From Mizuhopecten yessoensis (taxonomy: Eukaryota): DNA of 64,000 nt. Of this stretch, positions 38,893-52,300 are shown piece after piece. Position numbers and translations under genes: made by a program. Within the stretch, counting starts at the first letter, position 1, and every line of letters starts with the position of its first letter. Location: NCBI RefSeq assembly GCF_002113885.1, contig NW_018408838.1, forward strand, positions 477,108-541,107, given 5' to 3'. Under the pieces are notes generated by a model. It was given only the letters and a program-made list of their open reading frames with translations, had not been told where the DNA came from and ran no database searches.

Positions 38893-41800
38893 ATGGCAGA
38901 TACCACGTCATACCTTCAGGTATGTAGAATTAATTTTAGACCAGGAAGTCAGCAGTGCAAAGTACCTTACTGCTATTTGTTATATCTAAAAACTTCAGCG
39001 AACGAGATGGCTTGTCATTATAACCGATATAATGAAACGTACAGATTTCAAGCGGAACAACTGCTTTGAATGTGCGTGGCAATGTATCTTACCTGTATAA
39101 CTACACATACACATACGTGTAAAACTCTGACTAGTTATGACAAGTGACGGAACAGCCAAGTTATACATTTATATACAGACTGGGGATTTCCTTTCTATAA
39201 TTTGTTGATTGTCGATGACAATTCCCATTACAGGGAGTATATAAGTATGTGTTTGGGTATTTCAACTATAACCTAAGTACTTATATACGTACGGCTCTTT
39301 ATCAAATTTGAAATATTTGCGATGTTTTTGCTAAAACAATATTTCCAAAAGCCTTTTAGTCTTCAATCGGGTGTACAATGTGTGCCATTCTGTTTTTAAA
39401 TATATAATAGATATATCTGAATTTGCACCAGAGTTAGAATAATTAGAATGACCAGTCCGTTACCTTCACATTCCGATACATTGATGGTGCTTTGTCAGAG
39501 ACTGATTAGAATTAAGAATGTATTCTCCACAAATGTAATCAAGATATCATTTACAATGAACTACTTTTAATATCTCAAATTCATCAAAAGCTTACTGAAA
39601 TAACCACTAACTTCAAAAGTTTATATTAATGACGACGATCCAAATATCAGGATCGTTAAATCTCCTCTCGTCATTACAAGCGCAGTATGGAAGGAGCCGT
39701 TCTTTCGGAGTTTACAGTTCACATTTTATTCGCTAATTTTCAACTACCTTAACTTAACATTTAAAAGAACAGGCAAACAACCTGTGTCATGTTTCAGCTG
39801 TTGTAACATGTTCAGGGGAGAGGAATTAGGATAAGCCCTTAGCTTGTTTTCCCATCCTCCTTATTCTATGTTTTGAAGTTTGTTAATGTGCAAAAATAGG
39901 AAATAAAAAACTGTTTAAACTAACATGTTCACTTAATGTTAGATTACTAGTGCCCAGCATACTTTGCTAATTTTATGGAAGACACGACGACAGGTTTCGT
40001 ATTTGATTGGGTATTGGGGGTTCATAATTTAATGTCCTCCCTTCCATTTTGGTGTCTTCTCGATTGTTCGTGTTGTCTTCTACTGAGTATTATTGTAGTC
40101 ATTCCTTTTGTGTTAGTCTCACTTTCATTCTTTGTGTCGTCTTCTCTTTTTGATACACAATGCATTGCTTAATATGTTACTATATACATGTACATTAATC
40201 AACGTTTGCAATGTTTTTTTTGTTTTGCTAGAATTATAAAACTATGGATGGTCTATTAAAATTTCAGACTATTTTGGAGACTCAAAAACAACTTCAAGAA
40301 GCTACAAGAAGTAACAGTGTGAACATAGCGAGAATGCATGGCGAGCTTACAGCCAGCATGGGCAGCATTAAGGCTCTTCTCCATGTACTAAATCATCGCA
40401 TCGAAAACAATGTCTTTTCCCCGTCGGTGTCGCGACATTACGAGTCGCAACTAAGGTCACCTCCAGGTCACACACGTACAGGTACAGCCAGAAATCTATC
40501 TTTTATGCTACCAACATTTACTCTAAATATATCGCAGAAAAAAAGTGTAAGCCACATTTAACACAATTGAACATGAAACGTCTAATTATTTTGTCGAACA
40601 ATTTCTGTATAGCTTTGAATTGTATCAGTATGTTTTTAATATTTTCTGCAGGGCTATCAATACAGCCGACTAGAGGGCGAAAGAAGAAAATCAACAATGT
40701 TTTGCTTTAGAAAGTAGAAAAAACACATATAATTATAATTATTATTAAGATCAACATCATTCTTTTGAGTCCGTTTTATAGTACTATTGTTCACAATCTT
40801 TTCTTTTGTATCTTTTTTTACGTATTTATTTATTTTTTGAAAATATAACGAGTTTTCTTTTGATGAAAAGAGGAAAGACTTGTTAATTGTAACTAGGTAA
40901 TATACATATATCTTAAATATTTGATTGGGTTAAATATTTGATTATAACATTGATTTACTTATTGATTAAGCTGCCAGGTCTCTCTTTGTTGCCATGTTTA
41001 AGAGACTTCAGTACGACATAACTTAATTGATAAGCTGTGTAAATAGTAAACCAAGCATGACATAGTTCCTTTTTGCACTAACAGTATATCAAAACGATTA
41101 ATAAGTTTTCTTGATCTTTTCAAAAAGTATACAAAAGTTTATGTTATAGTCTCATAGTCATATATCATCTTCCTTACACCTTACACCTTACATGAACTTA
41201 CCAACATTCCAAACCTTCTTTTTTCCCTCTATTTCCACATGTTCTAGCGATAAAAATTTGGAAAATGGTGTTGAAAACTTTATCTAAACATCTTTTTTCT
41301 CATGGCAATACTAGTAAAAAGTACAGCTGTAATAAGCAAATCAAATGACCATATCCTTTAAATGAACGACTTGTAGGCGGCACGCACTTTGTTTTAATTT
41401 ACAGGCGAAGAAGGTGACATAAGCGGGACGGAGGGTGTACACAGAGAGTGTTTACAGGAACATTTTGAGTACATCGTCAAGGAACTAATGATAGACGGTA
41501 CTACATTCATCGATGAACTTCAAGAGGATAGCTGTTTGACGGAGGGCGAGGTGTCCGATATACGTTACCAAAGGGATAACAAAACAAAGATACGGAAGCT
41601 CATATATGCCATTTACACCAGGGACAAAGCAACGTTTGGTAAATTTATGAAGATGCTTCAACGTGACAATAATCATGTTCATGAAAAAATCCAGCAGGCT
41701 TATTCCACCAAACTGCAAGAAGGCCCTAGGTCTTCAGAATGTTTGATATGTGTAATCAAACGGGATGTTGATCTTCGCCGTGTGGCTGACAAGCTATGTA

Positions 41801-43182
41801 GTCATTTTATCATAGACATGGACTACCTAAATACATTACTGTCGTTTTCAGATCATAGTCTACCAAGAGTTCGTAAAGAATTCTGGGGATATGTTTTCGC
41901 ACAAATAGACAAATCTTCTGAAAGGGCAGAAAAACTTTCAAAATTACGCGATGCATTGCATGAGAGTAAATACAAAGGGCTTGCTGAGAAACTGGGATAT
42001 TGGAAGCGTCCACAAATGGCATGTAATTGCAATCGCGTTTCGAGTCTAGGTTTTCAGGCGAACTTTTCAGATTCATTTAGTACTAGTACTAGCATTGGTG
42101 ACTTGAGCACCACGTCCAACATTAGATCAAAGAGTCAGGTGAGTTTGCAGTCAGTGTCTTCTCTAGAAGAGGATGACGGTATTGGCAGTCAGACATTTGG
42201 CGGAAACATTCCGTACACTGTGGCATGGCTAAACAGTTCGCCGGCGACCAGCCATGAAAGCGAACCCTGGTCATACCCCGAATCCGAGAAAAATCTGTCA
42301 TCTTCAACTCAAGCAGTCCTCACATCAGTAAACTCCGCGAATGTCATTACTGATAACAAAGAAAACGCGATCTCGCTTTCGCTTACATCCATTGTCAATA
42401 AATTAAACGAAGATAATGGTGAAGGTGATAGACATCATGCCTCTAGCAGATCTTTCCCGACACGACTCAACACTGTGAAAACAGACATAATGCATACTCC
42501 GGATGTATCTACAGATGAAGTTAGTTCTCTATTGGAACCGCAGCGACTTGAACTGAACATAGAAGCTGCAAACAAACTAAAAACAGAACTGGAAATGATG
42601 CCCACACCTTTGCCAGTTGTAGATGCCTACACTGGACGAAAGAAAGTTTACACAAAGAAACGGCACACAAGAACCAGGTCTGATGATAGTTCAAAGATCA
42701 GGCTGGAATACGACCTGCTTCGTAGTGGAGAACAGGACCGACTTCGGCTGATAAACGGGTTGGTAGATACGCCCGAAAGAGGCATATCTGAAATATTTTA
42801 CAGCAACATCAACCGGATTCCACAGAGGGACACAACAGACAAAAGTATTAAAAGTGAAACATGCGATGAAACATGTCACGTATCAAATACAGATAACGGA
42901 ATACCAGTGACAACTCCTTATCATTCCCAAGCACTCGAGCAAACATCTACCGACAAGACTAAGTCTCCAATATATTCCCAAACATTATGCAGGTCGGATA
43001 GAAACAACAATCCCCAGTATGCGACAGGTCTGATAATGCTGACTCCGTCAAGACACCTCGACCCCCTCTCGTCAGGGCTAGGGTCCCGTAATGACAACAC
43101 AGCCTGTACGAAAAAACGGAGCAAGAAAGAAAAGAACCGAATGCGAAACCAACCAGGTCGCCTTAGATTTGATACTTATTAA
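38893..43182 (+). CDS. Gene B: tandem CARD/death-fold protein with an N-terminal helical segment and a long Ser/Thr-rich tail, ~684 aa; join(38893..38919,40232..40481,41405..43182)
   Basis: MADTTSYLQ|GTATGT (phase 0) joins TTTTGCTAG|AATTATAAAACTATG in frame. Phase-1 donor G|GTACAG (40481) joins TTTACAG|GC (41405) in frame with the 564-aa ORF. CARD-like HRECLQEHFEYIVKELMIDGTTFIDELQEDSCLTEGEVSDIR...KIRKLIYAI...TFGKFMKML, followed by ECLIC.IKRDVD...SKYKGLAEKL...CNC as in gene A. Confidence 0.85.
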
Positions 43183-43974
43183 ATATCAACCCGGTCGCCT
43201 TAGATTGGATACTTACTTAATTGCATGATTCAAATTAACTATACTAACTGCTTAAAATAATGTATATGAACGTGTGAAGATTTATTAATTACAAAAATTG
43301 ATTAACAAATTGGAATGTCGAATTGTTTACTCTTGATTAAATAACCTCTTTTGAGATAACAGTATTTAGAAAGCTTAAACAATTTATTGCGATGACTACA
43401 TTAACTAAGCAGTTAACTAACTCGAAAGATCTTCAATGAGGCCAATAAACCGTATTGAGGATGGTATACACAATAATGGCGATGTCAACATTTACTAAGC
43501 AATTAAGGTTATGAAATAATCATAAGATCATGGACTTCAGTGAATGGTCAAACTATCGAAGTATGTTACCGGGGCCAAGTGTTATTAGTCAACTCTAATC
43601 CATCTCCCGAAGACGCATATCAAAATAAATGAAAGGCAACGCCCCCACATGTGTCTCCTAATGTTATGGAATGTTTGATGGTGTAGCATGGGTAGCAGTA
43701 ACATGTATTGTGTACGACTTATACATAAGACAACACGGCAAAACATGTTCAACGATTTAATAGTACCTTTGTCAGTACTTTATAGCATATAGCATGGCCT
43801 GTCTAGGTTGTCCAGATTAACCTTGTTATTTTCTTAAGCATTAGGAATAATCATAGAAACATATTTATTTTATATCTAAAATGTATTTTGTGTCAAATTT
43901 ATCAGAGAAATGTTCATGTTTAACATATAAAAACGTGTGAAGCATTATTAATTTCGTGAAATGAATTGAATAAA

Positions 43975-44640
43975 AGAAAAAAGGGATAAAAGAAAAGTTT
44001 CTTTTTAACTTGCTAATCATTCCTATTGTGATATCGCCACCTGCTTCAAATATTTATCCTGCTGCTTTTATTATCCTTTATATTGAAACATTGGTAAATC
44101 TCAATGTTAACATCCATGGCATATCAGTACATAAGTATTTCACATTGTGACGATGATACGCAATTTCCGTTACAGCCCTCAGTGAAAGTGAAGAATCTAT
44201 TGTTTAAATAAAAGCTGATTTTGTTTTAAATAAACGATCTGATGTTATATTTTTAGTTTTAAATGAACTTGTCCGCAGATTTCAAGCTCAAACTGGGATA
44301 ATAGTACAGGGGATGAAAGAGAAAAAGTTGCATAAAAAATATAACCTTGCTCATCATTCCTGTGGTGATACATGTGCATGTATCAGCACCTGCTTCAAGC
44401 AAATATGAATCCTGATATTTCAACAAATTATGTATATTTACTTTACCCGCAGAATTGAAACGTTGTAAATATCAAATGCGCATAATAATAGCTCATGCCA
44501 TTACAAGCATTCAACCGTTTGTACCAGCCTTAAAGTTAAAGTGAAGATTCTATAGCTTGAATGAAACGGTAATATTTAAAATTAACTACTTTAACGTACA
44601 TGTACTATGTTTAATTTTAAATAAACCGTTCCTCATTATG
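43975..44640. repeat. Diverged ~340-bp direct tandem duplication
   Basis: Shared blocks CTTGCT(A/C)ATCATTCCT, CACCTGCTTCAA, ATTGAAAC, AAAGTGAAGA(A/T)TCTAT and TTTTAAAT(G/A)AAC occur in the same order in ~43980-44290 and ~44315-44640. Confidence 0.75.
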
Positions 44641-45379
44641 CAACTTCAATCGCTGAATCCCTGAGACGATACGTGTCAACGCTACAAAACAAACAAATAT
44701 AGCGAACATATTATATCAACTTACTTCATTTAATAAATGACAGCAGGTCGATTCCAGCTCTGTTGTTTGAGTCATAACAAAACCTGGTGGTCATCAACAG
44801 ATTATACTCAAACTACAATGTACAACACATTTACAGGTAGGCTTTCATAAATATCTAAAATTCAAAACAAAAAACATAAACTGAAAAATATAATTTTTAT
44901 TCATAAAAATTTGTTAAACTTCGTTGAGAAATGAAGATCACGCAAAATGTACTTCGTTGTAAATTGAAGATCTCGTAAAGTTGATCAATAGCCATTTCTC
45001 ATTGCGAAATCATAAGCAATGACTTAGACATGACAATTTCCTAATCAAATCATACATCATGTTACATTTTTTTTAATCCTCACATAAACAGAATTGAATT
45101 TAGGGATTTTCATGAAAAAAGAAATATTATTCAACATCCTCGTCGATATCGAGCTATATATAAATGGAACAACGTTTATGGAACCTACCGACACTAGCAT
45201 ATAGGAGACTTCCAGGGGACATGATCGAAATGTACATTGGAAACAGAATTTACGATAGAGAGGCATGTACTTTTGTTAAGCTTTGGAGTGAATTACTTGG
45301 TTTGGTTTGCTTGTGTTTTACTTCCTATTTACAGTGCTAGCGGCAGCAGAATGTCTGAAGCCTTAACCAATCTGCCACC

Positions 45380-45690
45380 GCTGCCCCTCCTTCTGAATCA
45401 GTCAGAAACAGTTCAAGAGAAAAACAAATATTCCCATATCAGTCAAAAACATCCCTGAGGAGACACTTTTTCACATTTCGTACAGTCAAAACCTGGAACG
45501 ATCTTCCGGAGGACGTTGTGTCCGCTCCAAATATCAATAAATAGATCAACTTTGGCAGAATGAAGAACTTTATTATAATTATAGGGCAAGTGTAATCAAC
45601 AATGACCTTTAACTTTATTTTATACAATTGTTTAATTTTGAGTCTATCGGCTCCTGTATTGGAAACTAACTTGAACTTGAACTTGAACTT
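45380..45690 (+). mobile_element. CR1/L2-type LINE 3' end fragment
   Basis: Translation LRRHFFTFRTVKTWNDLPEDVVSAPNIN matches the CR1/L2 ORF2 end motif. Terminal (AACTTG)n tail at ~45668-45690, also seen at ~29146-29160. Confidence 0.7.
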
Positions 45691-45915
45691 TATATATATC
45701 AACTCAACAAATGCAGAAAACGAAGAAAAACACTTTGAGAATGTTAGCCGTGGTTTTAGTACTGAAAGATGTTAACTGGTGTTTTGGTGTTTACAGTGGT
45801 TTTCTAGGTTACCTGTCACTGAGTGTGATACCAGTGGCTTTGGTGTTGAGGGGTAATAACCGTGGTATTCGTGTTGAAGATGTTAGCCTGGTTTTTCTTT
45901 TATTCTTTTTTTTTT

Positions 45916-46045
45916 GGGGGGGGGGGGGGGGGGGGCGGATATCATCTGTGGTTTTGTTGTGAAAAGCTGTTTGCCCTGGGTTTGTTGTGAAAAGCTGTTT
46001 GCCCTGGTTTTGTTGTGAAAAGCTGTTTGCCCTGGTTTTGTTGTT
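45916..46045. repeat. Poly-G run plus a ~29-bp tandem repeat (~3 copies)
   Basis: A run of about 20 G, then GGTTTTGTTGTGAAAAGCTGTTTGCCCT units. Confidence 0.8.
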
Positions 46046-46652
46046 GAGGGATGTCAGTTGTAGTTGTATGGAGGAGGTATACGAAGTGGGTTTTTTTATC
46101 ATTTACGTGCACTTGATCAAATGTTTGCAGCCAAACTGAAAAGCAAACATCTATAGACACATAAGTCAATCACGCAATGCAATAAAAGTACCTTCAGAAC
46201 ACATGTGCAAGACGCATGGAATAATAAATTACACACACTGACATTCTCATTATCAACGCACACGTAGTGAAAGACATTTGGCGACATAAATATTCATGTA
46301 CAAAAACAAAAAATCTTTATACATTATTAATTTTTTTCATCAGGCAAAAGCATATTAACTCGTTTAGCTCGAGAATTAAGAGAGTAAGATAATATTAACA
46401 AATATTAGACTTCAAAGTGTTCACGATTCCTGTCTTGCTCTCCGTGCATATATCAGTAACTACATGTTCATACTGAAATTAAACGACTGGTGTTTCCTAC
46501 AGTTACTCTCATTTTAATGACCTGGAAATTTATTCGCTAAAATCATGAAACATCTATTGCCAATTAAATAATATAATTGAAACCTGAAAAAGAATTCCTT
46601 GTGCCACAATAAATAATATAACCTAGTTATAAATAAACGTATTTTAGATATC

Positions 46653-48015
46653 AAACAAGAGACCCATGGTCCTTATAGGTCACGTGAGTTGTAAAACAAT
46701 TGTTATGTATGCTTTTGTGGTGTGACAAAGAAAGAGAGTACATATAAAGCAAAGATGTCTTTTAAGCTGTGGATTTGTGGACAAAATGGTTTTGGAGAGT
46801 TACATACAAACATATATAGTAAGACAATATCTTCTCCACTTTTCAACATACCAGTTAAACAATGTTGATTACTTTAGAAACACAATAGCCCTAAGCCTTA
46901 AGCTCCCTTGTCTTTGTTCAACCTATTTCCTCTCTTTTTGTTGGAAATCTTAATTTTCATACCTTCAAACTGCCATCCCATGACAATAATTTGAATAAAG
47001 TTTGAATTATTCCCTACTTACAATAGGCAAAAATATAAATTTCAGTTAACTTTACCCCTTCTGCGGTAGAATAAATGACCCCGGGGTAATCAAATCGACC
47101 TTTACCGTATATAACACACCTTAGGATATTTCCATTCCTGGAGCTTATTTGAGTCTTGCATATCTTAGTCTGAAAAACATGGTTGTTGGTTTTGGACCCA
47201 ATTTGACTCATTTGAGCCCTCTCTCTCCGCCCCGGGAGAATCAGGGTCTTAATGTTTATGCTATAACTGCAGTTATATGGATGATTATAATTAAAAGCAA
47301 AACTAAATTACTTCTACTGAAAATTTAAAATAGGTCATTTCGAAATATTAACTTCATTGTATAGTAAAGTTTACCCACTCTCCTGGTGTAAATGATGTAC
47401 ACATGGGGGAAAATATTCACAATATGGATAAAGCAATTGAGGACAATTTTGTTTTATAAGGAGCGTTAGATTCTGGTGAATCTGTGTCAGAAGAAGACTC
47501 TTGAAATTTTAACCAATATGACCTGTTTTAGCCCGATCCCCAATTCCTTTGGGTCAGAGTCTTAATTGTCATACCATGATACTGAAATGACATGATAATC
47601 CTCCAACCAAGTTTGAATCATTTCCCACTGAAAATGAACAAAGTTGACCTTTAAATGTTATTTCTCTGTCTAAGTTCACGTAGCATTAAAACCACCCTAG
47701 GGGGAAATGGATGATTCTTGGGTAATGAAATCTACTACATTGTATTGTGATTCTGGCAAATTAGGGTCTTAATTAAGTCTAAGATTGATGTAATTTTAAT
47801 CCAGTTTGACACTTTTCTCTGCTAGCCCCTGAGAGATGGGATCCATATAATCTAAAATATTGGTTTATCATTGGCCATAAAAATTTCCTGAATTTTTTAT
47901 TGAAATCTGAAATCAGTTTTTTGAGGAGAAGTCGAAAAAGTGAGTTGTTTACTAATGGACGACGACAGACAAAGGGTGATCCCAATTGGTCACAAGAGAC
48001 TTTGTCTCAGGTCAT
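46653..48015 (+). mobile_element. Non-autonomous Helentron/HINE (DINE-1/pearl-like) element
   Basis: 5' end AAACAAGAGACCCATGG...GGTCACGTGAG, degenerate internal repeats, and a 3' end with GGACGACGACAGAC, GGTCACAAGAG and a GAGAC...GTCTC stem. This layout is typical of bivalve HINEs. Confidence 0.7.
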
Positions 48016-49304
48016 CGGAGATGATTTATCAACATACACATCAACACTTTATTAGTAATACCGTACATCAGATTAAGAAATGCAATTTAAAATCGATGGC
48101 TATCAGTTTTATGAAAATATACGTATCAAAATACGAGAAAAAACGATTTCATACTCAGCTTACAAGTGTAAAAACAGAAAATAGAGAAGAAAATGAGAAT
48201 ATTAGACGTTTATCTAAAAGTCATGAAAAATCTAAATTAATATAACTACTTATTGTAACCAACAAATGGAAGGTAGCAAGGCAGTCCTGCAGCTTTTTAT
48301 CATATTTAGACTTGCAAACAATTAATGATATTGTTTAAGGGTACAACGTTTTGATCTGTATTTGTTTTGTTTATAAAATGGAAGAAACAAAATTAACATA
48401 TATAACAAATTGTATCACTATAGACTAGAGCAAATTACAATATCTAAATGAGGAAATAAAACCTGTAAACAAACCATGAGATCTATAGGCACACTTCATA
48501 CTATTAGGCGTAAAATATCTATCCAATGTTTGATCAATTAAATGTCATTGATAAATTAGTTGAATGTTTCATCTATTCAATATTTGACTAGTTAAATGTT
48601 AGTGATAAATTAGTCGAATGGTTTATCTATCCCATGTTGGACCATTTAAATGCATTACCATCACAACTTTCATGGAATGTATATTTTCATATTTAGACAA
48701 TCAATAAGAACTAGATGTAATATGTTCATTCACGTATAAATGTATTTTGAACTGTAATTTTAATACTCATACTGAGATCAGTATTATATATTGCTAGAAT
48801 ATTGGTTAGGATTATGTAAATTGTAAACAACAAGTACATATTAAAATATTTGTTTAGAAAAAATCTCAACAATTTAACAGATCCAATAAACAATTCAAAT
48901 GTTTCGAGATTGAGTTAAAATTAAAACAAACATGGCTGTAACCTGGTGGGAGAAAGCTTTGTCACTGCTTAAAATATTGCAGCTTTTACAGGACTTCCCC
49001 TCTGGACCTCACTTTCAATTTGCCCTCTTTCTCAGACCTTGGAAGAATCAGTGTCTTAATTTTCATACTATAACAGTAGATATATGGATGATAAAAATTT
49101 AAAGCAAACGCCCAGGCTATGGCCATGAAAAAAAGTGAATACATTGTAATAGTTTAAACAGCATTCTCTAAGTGTTCCATGTAAAGATGACATCATGTAT
49201 CATCCACAGTTCAGTACTTACCAAATCTGTAAATACATGAACATGTAGATGAGAATATAAACTCATTGTTAATTAAGCATTTTAGGTTGGGGGGAAAAAA
49301 CAGG

Positions 49305-52300
49305 TCACACAGTAGGGTGGGTGAAGTTGAAGTAGTAGTGTTCCTTGAAACGTTGGTCCCTGGAGAAGTGAGGGTGGTAGTTGCTGATGACAGTGGATAA
49401 CTGAGTGTTAATGTCAGGGAATTGGTGGTCACTCTTCCTACCTATATGGGGAAAAAATGACCGACTCAGAAAGTGAAGCTAGCCATTTATAGACATATAT
49501 GCTCATATACACCAGTTTTACAAAAGAGGAGAAATGCATGGTCTGACTGGGATTCAAACCTAGGACCCTCCAAACTCTAGACATTTTTAAGTTTGAACCA
49601 ATATATGGTGATCAACCCAGTCCAGTTTCACTATACAAGCACAAGGCATTCATGGTAGGTCAAGACAAATAAAAGTTTGTATTTATTAAAGTCAGAACTA
49701 ATTTAAGGATTGAAATGCATATTTTACACATTCAACATGTTATGCAACACAGTTCCACAGTTCCATTCGAATGTATTCCATGACGCTGCTGGTAGCTCAT
49801 CTTGGACAGTGCGTAGATATTCATATGTATGAGCAGAATTGTGTTGCACATGTACAATCATAAATGGTAAAAAGATGCATTTTAATCTTATACGAGGTAG
49901 TTATGTTCAAAACCAAACAGAAAATGTATTTTATCTTTTTTGTGGTTTCTTCAGTTCGTGATACAATTTTACTAGATGGTGGATCATGCTATTTTGTGGA
50001 AACAAGTATTCTGTCATCTCTAGCTGGTTACTGGTTTGTCAGGCAAAAAACTGTCAGAGACCATTTCAGAATTTGACATCATGCCCTGATTGGTCACTAT
50101 TTACTCTAACAATAATGTGGAATGTCAACAAACAGTTTCTCATTGGAAAATACTGATATACATTAGTGATTGCAGTTGTTGGTGTATAACAATGCTTTTG
50201 GTTGGTAGATTTAACTAATAAAATGGCTATAGCATTGGGTGAGCAGTTTCTGAGCTCTCGGGCATAATTGCCAAATATACAAATTCAAGCAAAATTAAAC
50301 AATGTTCAGTGGTTGCTGTAGGTATGCTTCAAGTTCCAAGATATCCGAATGAATAAAAAGTTAATACCCGGCCAAACGTTATTTGAAAAAGAACCTGAGG
50401 AAACAGAACCAGAAAGAGAAGATAATTTAAAGAGAAAACATTAAAATGAAAATTAAAAGACCCATAATCATGCTGCATTATTTTGGAGAAAAATATAACA
50501 ACTTTATTAAGAGTTATAAATAGGTTACCCTACAATCATAGGAGTGTGTAATTAATATTAAACAAATGATCAAATGTCAACTTACATTCTTCAACAAAGA
50601 AGTCAGCAAAATATTGTGTGACTTTCACACCTCTCTTGGTATGGGACAGTGCATCATTTAGATCCCAGTCATAGGGGACCTTCTCTGGGTGCCACTGGAC
50701 TCCATAGATAGGATATTTTATGGCTGAAATATAACACAGAAATGTCCTTACTACAAGTTTCGTTATATAATAAAATCATACAGTAAGTATATTAAGGTAA
50801 AGCTTAAAATCTGATGTGTTACTATACATGTATATACCATTTGGTTCGGTTTGTTTGGGTTTTACATCTTATTAACAGCTAGGGTCATTTAAGGAGGTGC
50901 CAGGTTTTGGTGGTGGAGGAAAGCCAGAATCCTGGAGAAAACCCCCTAACTATGGCCAGTACTGCCCCAGGCCCCGGTGGTGGAGGGCTAGTGGTGGCAG
51001 AATGTCAGCTAATGCCGTAACTACTTGGTCACCACGGTCCCTTGTATTAACCAGTATTAGCTGAATAATCTTAAAATTAGTTCAAAATATGTGACACCAT
51101 ATAAATTACATATTCAAATACTTCAGCATAATATAAAATATATACATTTATTTTGATTGTATTCTACCAACAAGGTAAATGTAGTGAAATACATTTTGCT
51201 TGAACATTAAAACCGACTTTTGGAGTGGATTTTGGAACAGCATTACAAATGCATGTAATATTAGGTAGTGTGTGTGGACTGCTGTCCCACAATTCTTCGT
51301 TAATGTTCCTACATAAATGTACTGTAGCCGATGTGGTAGACAGTAGCATGACAACCTACCTTCAAATGTGGATATGAAGTCCTTGCCATTATCAGCCACA
51401 TTGGTCGACAAGGCTCTATAAAAGGACTGCAGGGCTTGGTTCTGGCTGAAAGTCTGCAATGTTATGCAAAGATTGAAATATTAAGCTTTTGTTTTTTTCT
51501 TTCTGGAGAGAAAATTTTAGGCAATGTACAGGAGGGATGTAGGTTATTTACATATATTCAACTGATCTGTTGTGTTAATTAAGAAATTAAACCATACTTT
51601 GTAATTATCGCTAGTAATAAGAATAACCATGAATAATTACATATATACATAAACAAAAATTCCACGGAAGTGGATGTGTCACCTGCGCAGGAAGCTGGGA
51701 GATTACGAAGAAATAGATACACTTTTCATTTCAAGAAATAATGTTAAAAGTAAGTAATAATCATAGATTATGTTTTTGGATGGCATCATTTTGTTATATA
51801 ATCTGTTATTCTGGGAAGAATACTCTGAGTTTTAAGGAACTTGCTATGGATACTCATTGTCTCAATTCCAAGTTTAATTTGTATGATTTGTCGGATGGTT
51901 TCCCATAAATAAATGAATAAACTTGTGAAATATGATGTTAAACAGCTAGTGTTGTCAATAACATTTGGAGTAAGACGTCATTTTAGAGGTATACACGGTG
52001 GGTCAAGTGGTAGATCGAAGCCGTTCAGTATACAGTTTTAGTGAAGTTTCTATTTATAGTAACAGTGACCTTGACCTTTGACCTTCGGACCTGAAAAGCA
52101 ATCCCAAGCAAGCACTTTTGGTAAGGAAACACTGCATGAAGTTTGAGTTTGATCGGCCCAAGAAAACTCAAGTTATCGCACGAAAACCACTATTCGGAAG
52201 ACGCCACCGACAACGCCAACGCCGCCGACGCCGACATAGCAATACCTATGTGTCACCAGCTTTTCGCAGGCCACACAAAAATGACCTGCAGACACTCAGA

